From a virus: DNA of 39,191 bases. Shown in pieces: positions 18,018 through 26,846 of this stretch (the stretch's first letter is position 1; each line of letters begins with the position of its first letter). The position numbers and the translations under genes were made by a program. The stretch lies in the UHGV virus genome UHGV-0190739; one strand, 5' to 3'. The notes beneath the pieces are model-generated. The model was not told the DNA's origin. It was given only the letters and a program-made list of their open reading frames with translations, and made no database searches.

Positions 18018-18728
18018 TCATACATAGCAAACCATACCAGTTATGTATACCGCTTTTGATGCGTTTACTCCTGTTGACATAGTTAATGTTTTACGCCCAA
18101 CAGTTAAAACCACGGGAACATATGTTGCTACAGCCCATTCGCCAGTATCTCTACCTTGTGCTACCCCATAGCAAACCGAGGCAGGCTGTAATTTTGTTGG
18201 TATGTCTGTTACTATTGTTTCATGTCCTGTGAGACCTTTGGCCTTTAAAAGAATACTTAGAAATTTTATATTTCCCACACGATATATTCTTAACCATTTG
18301 TCTCCGCTGGGGTCATAGCAGTTTGGATTAAGTAAGTTGGTCAAATCATTGGTTTCTATTTCCAAATTATTATTTATCTGCTCAAACATGCTGTACATCA
18401 GCGCACTTGTCGGGACTGTTCCTGTATTGTTGACGTTGGTATTGCTCATCATGCCTTTAAGCATATAGTCCGCAAGTTTTTTCGTGAGCGCATCATTTGT
18501 GACCAGTTTGGTGACAATCCTGTTTGCGATTGCATCAAACAGCTTCTGCGCCGTGGTCTTCTGGCCTTTGGCTACATCCAGGCCCTCTGTATCCGTGATC
18601 TGGGCATCTGCGATATTCCCCGGATCCCCTTTAGGACCAGTGGCACCGGTGTTTCCTTTTTCTCCCCGTGGACCCGGATCCCCCTTTTCTCCTTTTGCGT
18701 AGCCTAAAATAACATCTTTGATTGCCAT
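18018..18728 (-). CDS. Tail fibre / receptor-binding protein: constant N-terminus (118 aa, collagen-like) + currently expressed cassette 1
   Basis: GXY repeats KGEKGDPGPRGEKG; switch to AT-rich DNA at QINNNL; C-terminus RIYRVGNI..IPTKLQP..YITGMVCYV. Confidence 0.85.
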   Translation of the reverse strand: MAIKDVILGYAKGEKGDPGPRGEKGNTGATGPKGDPGNIADAQITDTEGLDVAKGQKTTAQKLFDAIANRIVTKLVTNDALTKKLADYMLKGMMSNTNVNNTGTVPTSALMYSMFEQINNNLEIETNDLTNLLNPNCYDPSGDKWLRIYRVGNIKFLSILLKAKGLTGHETIVTDIPTKLQPASVCYGVAQGRDTGEWAVATYVPVVLTVGRKTLTMSTGVNASKAVYITGMVCYV

Positions 18729-18742
18729 CTTATTCCCCCTCC

Positions 18743-19708
18743 TTATTGACCATCATCATACTGCCAAAACAGTGCCCCATCTGACTCCCGGTATTTAATC
18801 GGCGGCGCTGCATGGACCGCATCATCATACACGCAATGGATCGCACAGTTATCGGTAGAGTCTGTATATACATACATCACGCTCGCGGCTGGAATATTAA
18901 TCCCGGACTCTCCTTTTTCTCCCCGCGGACCCGGCGGCCCTTGTGGCCCCGTAAATTCCCCACTGTCGATTCTCTTGATCAGATCGTCCCTTGCGGCCTC
19001 TGCCTGCTCTTTTGCCGATTCTGCAGCCCCCTTATGGATATTGGACTGCCGGCAATACTCCTTTGCGTTGTCGGAATCTTCCCCCGGCCTGGTCCCGGCC
19101 TGTCCGACCGCATAGGACTTTGCTTTGTCTGCATACTGCCTTGCATCCTCGATCTGCCCTTCAAATGTCTTGATCGCTGCATCTGTCTTTTCTTCCCTGG
19201 CCTGATCTGCTTCCACCCGGTCTGCTTCAGCCTGCTCCCTTTCTTTTTCCGCCTTTTTTCTGGCTTCTTCTGCGGCGTTTACGGATTCCAGTTTTTTATC
19301 GATAGCCCTCTCCAGCTGCTCCACTTCTGAGAGCTGGGGTCCGCTCGGTTCCGCCGTGGTCCCTTCTGTGTACACCGCGGCCCGGAAGGACCTCCACTTG
19401 ACGGCTCCTGTGTCATCATGGGCCCGCAGATTGATCCATGCGGTCCCAGGCTGGGATACCATCTTGTCCGACACCGCCCAGGTGAGCAGGATTTCCTCTT
19501 CTCTTACTTCTTTTTCCAGGTAGGCTGTATCTGGTGTCCCATCCGGCAGCTCTGCGTTAAGCCGGAAGGACAGATCAGCCAGATCCACTCCATCCACGTT
19601 TACCCGCTTGATCCGGAACAGGCGGTTTGCGGCATTTTTATCCCCCACGGCACCAAGATACTGTTCCCGGTTTAAAAATACCAGCTCTTTGTGCTCTACA
19701 AGTATCAT
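18743..19708 (-). CDS. BppU-like baseplate/fibre-attachment protein with collagen repeat
   Basis: N-terminal GAVGDK..RLFRIKR..DLADLSF..LTWAV..PGTAWINL..KWRS; coiled coil; GPQGPPGPRGEKG. Confidence 0.7.
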   Translation of the reverse strand: MILVEHKELVFLNREQYLGAVGDKNAANRLFRIKRVNVDGVDLADLSFRLNAELPDGTPDTAYLEKEVREEEILLTWAVSDKMVSQPGTAWINLRAHDDTGAVKWRSFRAAVYTEGTTAEPSGPQLSEVEQLERAIDKKLESVNAAEEARKKAEKEREQAEADRVEADQAREEKTDAAIKTFEGQIEDARQYADKAKSYAVGQAGTRPGEDSDNAKEYCRQSNIHKGAAESAKEQAEAARDDLIKRIDSGEFTGPQGPPGPRGEKGESGINIPAASVMYVYTDSTDNCAIHCVYDDAVHAAPPIKYRESDGALFWQYDDGQ

Positions 19709-19731
19709 CTGATTCTGTCCCTCCTTAAAGC

Positions 19732-19759
19732 AAGAGGCCGCTTACACCGCGGCCCCTCT
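19732..19759 (-). terminator. Hairpin after capsid-associated gene (possible attenuating terminator)
   Basis: AGAGGGGCCGC-GGTGTAA-GCGGCCTCT followed by TGCTTT. Confidence 0.45.
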
Positions 19760-19763
19760 GTTA

Positions 19764-20111
19764 CTACACATTATATTTACGCGTCTCCTCCTGGTAGCGG
19801 TTTTCCAGACTGTCCATCATGATGGCAGTCTGGGTATCCTGCTCTCTTGAGTGATCCAGGATCTCCTTGACTGCTCTCGGTACTTTGACACGGACTCCGC
19901 GCTTGATCACGTACAGTTTACCATTGACACCCACCACAACGTCATCCCTGTATCTGCCCTTATCCTTAAACAGCTCGACCTCAACCTCATCCACTTCGGT
20001 TGCACCGGTGCAACTCTCCGTTTCCTGGGGCTGTTCTTCAGCTGCTTTGTTTTCTTCATCCGTTGTCTGCTCCACCAGTACCTGCTCTTCTTCGTTTGCT
20101 CGTCTTGCCAT
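19764..20111 (-). CDS. Hypothetical protein downstream of capsid
   Basis: RBS AAGGAGG; DVVVGVNGKLYVIKRGVRVKVP; contains palindrome copy 3. Confidence 0.75.
   Translation of the reverse strand: MARRANEEEQVLVEQTTDEENKAAEEQPQETESCTGATEVDEVEVELFKDKGRYRDDVVVGVNGKLYVIKRGVRVKVPRAVKEILDHSREQDTQTAIMMDSLENRYQEETRKYNV
19999..20014. repeat. Palindrome GTTGCACCGGTGCAAC, copy 3 (in-gene, read as SCTGAT)
   Basis: Read directly. Confidence 0.95.
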
Positions 20112-20123
20112 TATAGTCCTCCT

Positions 20124-21116
20124 TTAGTTTGCAACACCGTCGTTAAAGCTGGATCCGGTCTCAATGCGGACCATAAACTGCTCGACCAGACGCTCTGCTG
20201 TCTTGGTGGCCTTCCAGCCGGCCGTTGCTCTCTGGTTTAACGGGTCTTCGGTTCCGCCGCTGCCCAGCTGCTTGATGATCGTCTCCAGGCCGCCTCCCTC
20301 GATGTTGGTCACGCCGTAGGCATTGGCACCCAGGACCAGGGTACTGTATACATCCTGGCTTCCAGATCCCTCACCGGCAAAGATCTTTGCTTCTGTCGTT
20401 TCCACAAAGCGAACATTTGCGATCTTACCGATCTCGTTGTTAAACATGTGTTCCGGCGTTGTGTATTTGGTCCAGTCTTTCCACTCCGGATCATCCTGGA
20501 TGTCATACGCAATATCCGGATGCACGATGGCCACATAGCTTCCATCGATCACCGGCGCATTCTGCTTTTTAAGCATTCTGGCGGCAAGGCGTACCGCCTT
20601 TACCGTCAGCTTCATGTCCTTTGTTAATGCGGATCGGCTGTCCACCTGTCCCTCCGCATACTGCACGTTGGTTCCGCCTGCCAGGACTTCTCTGGTGATC
20701 GTATCCAGGGTGGCTCCGGCCTGATCTCCCAGCAGAGACAGGGCCTGCACCAGGTTGTTATCAATAGCCGTTAACAGCAGCATGTCTGTCAGCGGCACGA
20801 ATCCGCCATACTGACGCACCTCGGCGGTCACGGTCGTTACGGTTAATGTCTGTCCCTTCGGGGTCACTCCCTCAGTCAGCGGCGTCGTTGCCTTTGCTAA
20901 CGGAGCATAACGCCTAAACTCAATGGTTTTACCTCCATTTTTCGGTATGTTATGTTTCTGTCCAAACTGGTCATGCACCAGCTTCGGCTTCGCGTTCTCG
21001 ATCAGATAGCGCGAGTAATAGGTTTTCATTTCCGCGGACATTCCGCCGCTTCCGGTCGTGTTTACGGGTGTCTCCGCAAACAGCCTCAGATCTAACCGGA
21101 TCATTTTATCATCCAT
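20124..21116 (-). CDS. Major capsid protein, N4-gp56 family
   Basis: IPKNGGKTIEFRRY, LTEGVTP, QYGGF, YVAIVHPD, EIGKIANVRFVET, DPLNQRATAGWK. Confidence 0.9.
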   Translation of the reverse strand: MDDKMIRLDLRLFAETPVNTTGSGGMSAEMKTYYSRYLIENAKPKLVHDQFGQKHNIPKNGGKTIEFRRYAPLAKATTPLTEGVTPKGQTLTVTTVTAEVRQYGGFVPLTDMLLLTAIDNNLVQALSLLGDQAGATLDTITREVLAGGTNVQYAEGQVDSRSALTKDMKLTVKAVRLAARMLKKQNAPVIDGSYVAIVHPDIAYDIQDDPEWKDWTKYTTPEHMFNNEIGKIANVRFVETTEAKIFAGEGSGSQDVYSTLVLGANAYGVTNIEGGGLETIIKQLGSGGTEDPLNQRATAGWKATKTAERLVEQFMVRIETGSSFNDGVAN

Positions 21117-21121
21117 GCTCT

Positions 21122-22060
21122 TTACCTCTCATAAAATTTGCTCGGCGTGATCGTCTCCCCCTCCAGGGATCTCCTGGCCAGGTCCCGGATCTGGGCCCCG
21201 CTCAGTTTGTTGATATCCTGTGTTTCCTGGAAGGCGGTGGTGCTCCCTGCAGCGCCTTCGGCCGGCCGGCTTTGGCCTGCCTTGATCGCGTCGATCTGTT
21301 TTTTTGCAACTTTTCTGGCCGTGTATTCCATGGCTCCGGACATGATTTCGTCATGGTGCAGCGTTTCGTATGCGGTCCGCATCGGGATCCCGGCTCCCAG
21401 GAGCTTTACAAAGTCCGGATTGTTTACCTCAGTACGGAGGTCAAATCCCTTATACAGGCGCCCCAGCTCTTCCGCTTCGGTGTTCCACTTTGCAAAGATC
21501 TGTTCCTTCTGCGCCAGTCTCTCTGCATTCTCCCTGGCCGCACGCATGGTCTGGTTCTCGGCTTCCAGTTTTTTCATGCGCTTATACTGTTCGGTGCTCA
21601 GCCCCTCGCGGGCCGCTGCATCCTCCCAGTATGCGTCATCCTGTTCCACTGCCTTCTGGATGTTCTGGACATTCCCGTCCGTGATCCCATAACGGCTTCC
21701 CAGGTAATTGATCAGCTCCATGGCCTGGTCATAGTTGGCCATTTTTTCCCTGCTCCCGCGGAGTCTCCGGTCAATGATCCCCTCAACGTCCTCATGATAA
21801 AAATCCCGGTATTCGTCGCTGTTGATCATGTCCCGGTATGCCTGCCTGCGCTCCTCCGGGGTCCTTGTGTCTTCTGCGGATGATTCCCGGCCGGCGACAC
21901 CATCACCTTCCGCCCCGTCTCCAGCGGCGTCCTGAAGACCTTCTTTTGCGCCCGTGTTTTCCGCCTGTACGGCCGCTGCCGCACCTTCTGTGCCTGTTCC
22001 TGCGCCTGCACTTCCGGCAGCTCCAGCGCCGCCGTCAAATAATCTGAGATCTAATTTCAT
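21122..22060 (-). CDS. Capsid scaffolding protein
   Basis: Acidic helical protein between protease and capsid; N-terminal MKLDLRLF leader. Confidence 0.75.
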   Translation of the reverse strand: MKLDLRLFDGGAGAAGSAGAGTGTEGAAAAVQAENTGAKEGLQDAAGDGAEGDGVAGRESSAEDTRTPEERRQAYRDMINSDEYRDFYHEDVEGIIDRRLRGSREKMANYDQAMELINYLGSRYGITDGNVQNIQKAVEQDDAYWEDAAAREGLSTEQYKRMKKLEAENQTMRAARENAERLAQKEQIFAKWNTEAEELGRLYKGFDLRTEVNNPDFVKLLGAGIPMRTAYETLHHDEIMSGAMEYTARKVAKKQIDAIKAGQSRPAEGAAGSTTAFQETQDINKLSGAQIRDLARRSLEGETITPSKFYER

Positions 22061-22105
22061 ATGTACTCCTTTTCCATGGTCTTTCCCACGCGTCTTTCTT
22101 GTCTC

Positions 22106-22138
22106 ATCCTACCATAGAGGCTTTTTTCGGTTCTCCCC
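22106..22138 (-). promoter_or_regulatory. Putative late promoter (scaffold-capsid)
   Basis: GGGGAGAA-N16-TGG-TAGGAT. Confidence 0.55.
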
Positions 22139-22468
22139 TTACTCCTCATTGATCTTTACAATCTGGATCCGGCCGGGGTAGGACTGCTCGATCATGTCCA
22201 GGCCAGTCTCCAGGAATCGGAAAGCCCCTGATATCTCCAGGTCCTCTCCATTGGATAAAAATCTCAAAAAAATGTCTCCCTCACCGATCCGGTCGCTGTA
22301 TGCCCTGGCCCGGTCTGAGCGCTCCCGACAAAACTGTACCAGGGCCTGTGTCAGTATGGATACTGCCGCGCATACCAGGTTTTCTTTTTCTCCTTCGCCT
22401 TTTCCCGCGTGGCCGATGGCAACGAGCTTATAGGCTCCCGGTGTGTTTTTGAGCTGTATGATTGTCAT
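22139..22468 (-). CDS. prp: Prp-family (ribosomal-processing) cysteine protease, phage-encoded
   Basis: Start MTIIQ (RBS AGGAGG); catalytic motifs GHAG and VCAAVS; C-terminal GLDMIEQSYP. Confidence 0.88.
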   Translation of the reverse strand: MTIIQLKNTPGAYKLVAIGHAGKGEGEKENLVCAAVSILTQALVQFCRERSDRARAYSDRIGEGDIFLRFLSNGEDLEISGAFRFLETGLDMIEQSYPGRIQIVKINEE

Positions 22469-22478
22469 GATATCCCTC

Positions 22479-24512
22479 CTATGCTTTCGGCGCTGATGCT
22501 GTGGCAGCCTGTTTTCTCGCCCTGGCCGCCACGGCATTTTCATTTTTTCTTGACAGATTTCCCATGGCATCGGTCTCTGCGGCTTCTTTTTGTGTCCCCT
22601 CCGGCATCACCGTCCCCGGGACCTGCTGCCCTCTGGCAGCCAGTGCGTCCAGGATCCTTGTGTCCCCTGTCGATTCCGCGATCAGCATCGCCATCTGCTC
22701 CATCTGGGACTGCATCTGCATCATCTGCTGGAGCATGGTCCCGTTCTCAGATATCTTCCGTTCAATTTCTTCTTTTCCGTCAAAATCCATCATCCCCACA
22801 CACATGAGCGCCTGATCCGCCAGCTGGGGATTAAAAAATCCCAGGTTATACATCTCTTTGGCCAGCTCATTCTGGGCGATTTTTGTAAACGGGCTGCTCT
22901 TCTGGGCCACGATCTTGATATCAAAATATGGTTTCCGTCCTCCTAACTGGATCCCGAAGTCATTGGTTACCGGATCCGGCCGGAGCATCCGATTATCAAA
23001 TGTCACAAACTTCTCCTGTCCCTTATCTCCCGTAATCCGGAAGGCCCGCTCCGTCGTATAAAACTGCCGGATCAGCTCGATCACTTGGTAAACGAGGTCC
23101 CTGTGGACCCGGTAAGAGGTCTTGATCATATCCCTGGACAGCTTGCTTCCTGCCTCCTGGAGCGCCGCGATTGCTGACGCCGCGGTCACACCGGAAGCCG
23201 TAGATCCCTGGGAAAAGTCCCTGTTCCCGCTGGTTTCCTTCAGTTCGTCGATCTTGAGCTGATGGAGGTTGATATAGGCTCCATCCAGCGTATAATGGTC
23301 AATCGGTTTGATATCATCCGGATTCCCCACATAATGCACGATATCCCGGGAAAGATCTGTATACTCACTCTCATTGATCCCGCCGCCGTCCTTGCTCATG
23401 TATCTTGGGCGGGCACCGGCCACTGCATTTTTAAGCATGGACTGTCCCATTTTGTCGATATACATCTGGCAGCTCTTCATGACGTCTACATATCCCATTC
23501 CGGCCGGAGATTTCTTGATCGGGAACAGCGTATCAAATACAAACGGATACAGCCCGTGCTCATACAGGCCGTCTGGCATTTTGTCGTCATTTTCTGTGGC
23601 ATAAAGCACAGTTCCCTGGCAGATCTTACAGAGATGCACGGCCGTTTTTCTGATCTTGATCCCGTTTTCGTCGATCCTTGTGACTGACTTTTTATAGTAC
23701 CAGTCTGTCACCAGGCTCTTTCCTTCCGTATAAGCCCGTCCCTCGCCTATATAATCTGGGATTTCGGACAGGATCCCATCTCCCAGCTTCCCTTTCATTT
23801 CTGGGTAATCCGCCTCTATGATGCTGTTATCTACATAGGACTGGTAAAAAAGGCTTGGGGACTTCTGTATATCCTCCACTCCGGGCTCCCAGGTCAGATT
23901 TAAAACATCGCAGTTCCGGATCTCGATGTCCCCGATCCCGTTTTTATATGGATCCCAGAATATCCCGTAAATCCCTGTCCCTGACTTTAATTTGTCCCAG
24001 CACTCGGCGTTATAGACTGCTTCGTAATCGCACTGGTCCAGGATGCAGGGAACCACGCTGCTCAGGATCCTGGCCGCCTCTTTGTCGCTCTCTTCTCTCG
24101 GCAGGATATTCGGAGCCGGGAAGTTGTCCATAAAATCCGCATGTTTATTGATGATGGAGTTAAACATCCAGGCACTGACCGGCTCCGGATCCCTTCGCTC
24201 TGTCCGCCCATAGTTTAAGATCTCCCATTCTTTAAATTCCCACCACTGCTCATTTTCAAGCACACGTTCATCCAGGAGCCGCTTCCCCTCTTTGTATTTC
24301 TGGAGGATCTCCATTGCCTTCTTGGCGTCCTCGTCTGTGATCTTTTCTAAGGTTCTCACGGGCTTTCCCCGCGCTTCTCCGGCTCCGGCCATTATTTTAT
24401 CGTCTGCGTATGCCTGAGGCTCCTGTGCAGCCTTCTGGGCCGCAAAAACCGCATGCATGTCCCGGACGGCTCCGGTGTCAAACTGTGTACGGTCTCCGCT
24501 ATCCTTAATCAC
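22479..24512 (-). CDS. Portal protein (P22/podovirus-like)
   Basis: 677 aa between terL and protease; NILPREESD, HGLYPFV, ELKETSG..SQG, TAASAIAALQEAG, VIELIRQFYT, Gln/Met-rich barrel region. Confidence 0.85.
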   Translation of the reverse strand: MIKDSGDRTQFDTGAVRDMHAVFAAQKAAQEPQAYADDKIMAGAGEARGKPVRTLEKITDEDAKKAMEILQKYKEGKRLLDERVLENEQWWEFKEWEILNYGRTERRDPEPVSAWMFNSIINKHADFMDNFPAPNILPREESDKEAARILSSVVPCILDQCDYEAVYNAECWDKLKSGTGIYGIFWDPYKNGIGDIEIRNCDVLNLTWEPGVEDIQKSPSLFYQSYVDNSIIEADYPEMKGKLGDGILSEIPDYIGEGRAYTEGKSLVTDWYYKKSVTRIDENGIKIRKTAVHLCKICQGTVLYATENDDKMPDGLYEHGLYPFVFDTLFPIKKSPAGMGYVDVMKSCQMYIDKMGQSMLKNAVAGARPRYMSKDGGGINESEYTDLSRDIVHYVGNPDDIKPIDHYTLDGAYINLHQLKIDELKETSGNRDFSQGSTASGVTAASAIAALQEAGSKLSRDMIKTSYRVHRDLVYQVIELIRQFYTTERAFRITGDKGQEKFVTFDNRMLRPDPVTNDFGIQLGGRKPYFDIKIVAQKSSPFTKIAQNELAKEMYNLGFFNPQLADQALMCVGMMDFDGKEEIERKISENGTMLQQMMQMQSQMEQMAMLIAESTGDTRILDALAARGQQVPGTVMPEGTQKEAAETDAMGNLSRKNENAVAARARKQAATASAPKA

Positions 24513-24762
24513 AACTCATCCTCCTCTCAAGCAGATCGACCCACATCATGGTATCGATCTCTCCATTCTCCAGCCTTAGCAAAGCAAATCTGGGATACTT
24601 TGCAATCACAGTCCCGATCCTTTTGATATTGGCTTTGTTTGATGTTTTATCTCCTAATAAATTTGTTTTCTGCGTATGGATCCGGATCCTATCACCAATC
24701 TGGACACAATTCCTAACGCGCTCCACATCCTTTACGCAGAGTCCTTCTGTTTCTCTTGACAT
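24505..24762 (-). CDS. Hypothetical protein (85 aa)
   Basis: RBS AAGGAG; fills the terL-portal gap. Confidence 0.6.
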   Translation of the reverse strand: MSRETEGLCVKDVERVRNCVQIGDRIRIHTQKTNLLGDKTSNKANIKRIGTVIAKYPRFALLRLENGEIDTMMWVDLLERRMSCD

Positions 24763-24771
24763 GGCTCTCCT

Positions 24772-26214
24772 TTATATCCTGTAAAAATAATAATTTTCCT
24801 TTGTCTTCTGGTGCATGTTCAGCGGATCTTCCTGCGGCACATGCTTCCTTTCATTTTTCCTGGGTGATATCGGGTTCTCCATCAGCACATAACGGCACTC
24901 ATCATAGATATGGTCCTCCTGCGTTGTATCGATGTCCTCCACCCGTTTTTCGTCGTACACGAGCGCTGGAATTGTCCGGATGAAGTCCTTGCACGTATTA
25001 AATACGTAAAACATGGACCGGCCATGCTCATCAAATGCCAGCCGGTAGTGGTACTGCATCTTCCCGGCCAGCCGCGTATTATCCCCAGGGGCCCAGTATA
25101 CCCGGCTCCTCTCCATCAGCGCCGCAACGGATTCCCCTCGAGACTCATCAAAGATCGATGGGTCCGCGATCCCGATGATCTTATGGCCGCGGATGTTTGG
25201 ATCTGCTGCCTCTACCTCCAGGATCTGCCTGGCGATCTCCGTCGGCTCGATCTTGATGCCGGTGTTTGGCGTATCCGTGCATCCGTACAGCTCCCGGATC
25301 CTGTATATGCATCCCTCATGGTCCACTGCATGCCAGCCCACAGAAAACGGCTTTGCATACCCAAAGTCAAAGCCCCTGTAAATCTGCCAGTCCGCCGGGA
25401 TCCGAAACGGCTCGATCACATGTGTATATACCTGACTCTCGTATCCACCTGGATCATCGGCAAACTCCACAAATACCTGTCCCTCGAAACTGTCCCAGTC
25501 ACCGTACAGGAGCGCGTTGCGTTCTTTTTCCGGCAACATGGCCAGAGAGGCCAGATAGTTTGGATTATTTTTTAAGAGCTCTTGGTTATCAAACACACTG
25601 CTGGGGACAAAGATCCTGGTCCGTGTCTGGATCAATTCGCTCCCATCCGGCTTTTTGATCTTTAATTTGGTCCGCACCGGCGTCATAGGCTTTGCAACCG
25701 TGATAAAATAGGATTTTACCCATCCATGGCCGACGCCTCCCGGGTTAGCTGTTGCCCGCATATACACCCGGGTTCCCGGGCCTCCAGGACGGTTTCGGGA
25801 GATCAGATAGCTGTACTCGCTGTACTGGAAGTGGGTCAGCTCGTCAAATCCAATAAAATCATAGCGGCGGCCCTGGTACTTGTGTTTGTCCTGGCTGTGC
25901 TGCATGGATCCAAAATAGATCCGCGCTCCGGAGGAAAAAATCCAGCAATGGTCTGTGGAGTTATACCTGGCCCTCCGATCCGCATACGGATACAGCTCCA
26001 TGGACCGGCTGATGATGTCCTGGAGCTGTGGGAACGTTTTACGCAGGATAATCGCCCTATAATGTGGGATATGCACCTGGCGCAGGGCCTCCATGATCAG
26101 ATAGTCGCTTTTTCCCCCGCCTGCGGCCCCTCCGTACAGGGCCTCATATTCCGGCCTGGCCATCATGACCGCCTGCTTCGGCTGCGGCCGCCAGATCACA
26201 CTCCTATCCGCCAT
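24772..26214 (-). CDS. terL: Terminase large subunit
   Basis: Walker A YGGAAGGGKS, Walker B FIGFDE, motif C ATANPGG, nuclease GFDFGY and EDHIYDECRY. Confidence 0.95.
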   Translation of the reverse strand: MADRSVIWRPQPKQAVMMARPEYEALYGGAAGGGKSDYLIMEALRQVHIPHYRAIILRKTFPQLQDIISRSMELYPYADRRARYNSTDHCWIFSSGARIYFGSMQHSQDKHKYQGRRYDFIGFDELTHFQYSEYSYLISRNRPGGPGTRVYMRATANPGGVGHGWVKSYFITVAKPMTPVRTKLKIKKPDGSELIQTRTRIFVPSSVFDNQELLKNNPNYLASLAMLPEKERNALLYGDWDSFEGQVFVEFADDPGGYESQVYTHVIEPFRIPADWQIYRGFDFGYAKPFSVGWHAVDHEGCIYRIRELYGCTDTPNTGIKIEPTEIARQILEVEAADPNIRGHKIIGIADPSIFDESRGESVAALMERSRVYWAPGDNTRLAGKMQYHYRLAFDEHGRSMFYVFNTCKDFIRTIPALVYDEKRVEDIDTTQEDHIYDECRYVLMENPISPRKNERKHVPQEDPLNMHQKTKENYYFYRI

Positions 26215-26749
26215 CGGGATCCGCCTCCTCTGCCTCTTTCATCTCCTCATTCTCCAGGCTGTCATCTACATCGGCCAGGATCAGCAGGCCTCCGCCGCCT
26301 TCCCCATCGCTGGAGTCCCGGGCCATTTCAATTTTCCGGTCTTTCCACTTGTCGGGCAGCCTGTTTTTAAGCCAGAAAATGATGGCCAGCGTATCCGCAG
26401 GGATATGTACCTCATCTTCCCCGACTTCCAGGTATTCCTCCTCCTTTTCTTTCCTTCCTGTCGCTCCATAGGTAACCTTTTTTAATTTGAACGTCTTCTT
26501 GAGCTTTACAGTGTACCCTTTCGCCTTTTTCAGCAGGGACTCCTCGACTTCTTTATCAACGATTTCCTTCCCCTTTTTTAGGGTGTCCGATATGTCCGGA
26601 TACTTTTTCTTCCATTCTGACAGCGTAGACCGCGAAATTCCTATATTTTTTGCAATTTCTTCGTCCGTCAGGCCATCCCTGGCCCATCCGGACAGCAGAA
26701 TCTTCTTGTCCGGATCCGAAATCCATTCCTGGTACTTGCCCCTGGCCAT
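26204..26749 (-). CDS. terS: Terminase small subunit (N-terminal HTH)
   Basis: GWARDGLTDEEIAKNIGISRSTLSEWKKKYPDISDTLKKGKE, VEESLLKKAKGY, AIIFWLKNR; overlaps terL start. Confidence 0.88.
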   Translation of the reverse strand: MARGKYQEWISDPDKKILLSGWARDGLTDEEIAKNIGISRSTLSEWKKKYPDISDTLKKGKEIVDKEVEESLLKKAKGYTVKLKKTFKLKKVTYGATGRKEKEEEYLEVGEDEVHIPADTLAIIFWLKNRLPDKWKDRKIEMARDSSDGEGGGGLLILADVDDSLENEEMKEAEEADPDGG

Positions 26750-26772
26750 CTCTCTCACCTGCCTTTCCCCTT

Positions 26773-26805
26773 ATTTTTGCACAAAAAAAGGCAGAATTTC
26801 TCCCG
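26773..26805 (-). promoter_or_regulatory. Putative late promoter (terS), overlapping a terminator-like hairpin
   Basis: CGGGAGAA-N16-TGC-AAAAAT; GGCGGGA-GAAA-TTCTGCC-T7. Confidence 0.55.
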
Positions 26806-26846
26806 CCATCCAAAACGATGAACCTCCTCCTCATAAAAGTATCCAT

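Larger units (their letters stand above)
15510..18375. mobile_element. Tail-fibre shufflon (multi-inversion locus)
   Basis: AAATAATAATTT at 15510-15521(+), 16467-16478(-), 17516-17527(+), 18364-18375(-); AAAGTCCGAT at 15705(+), 16202-16211(-), 17711(+); start-less cassettes in tail-to-tail pairs. Confidence 0.85.

Noticed and set aside
18640..18655. Partial palindrome match GTGGCACCGGTGTTTC
   Set aside because: Only the core matches and it is explained by collagen G-X-Y codons
24785..24796. Fifth AAATAATAATTT copy at the 3' end of terL
   Set aside because: Encodes ENYYF on the terL strand and is not followed by an AT-rich fibre-like cassette; recombination here would invert the head genes. 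Treated as probable chance, though reads could test it
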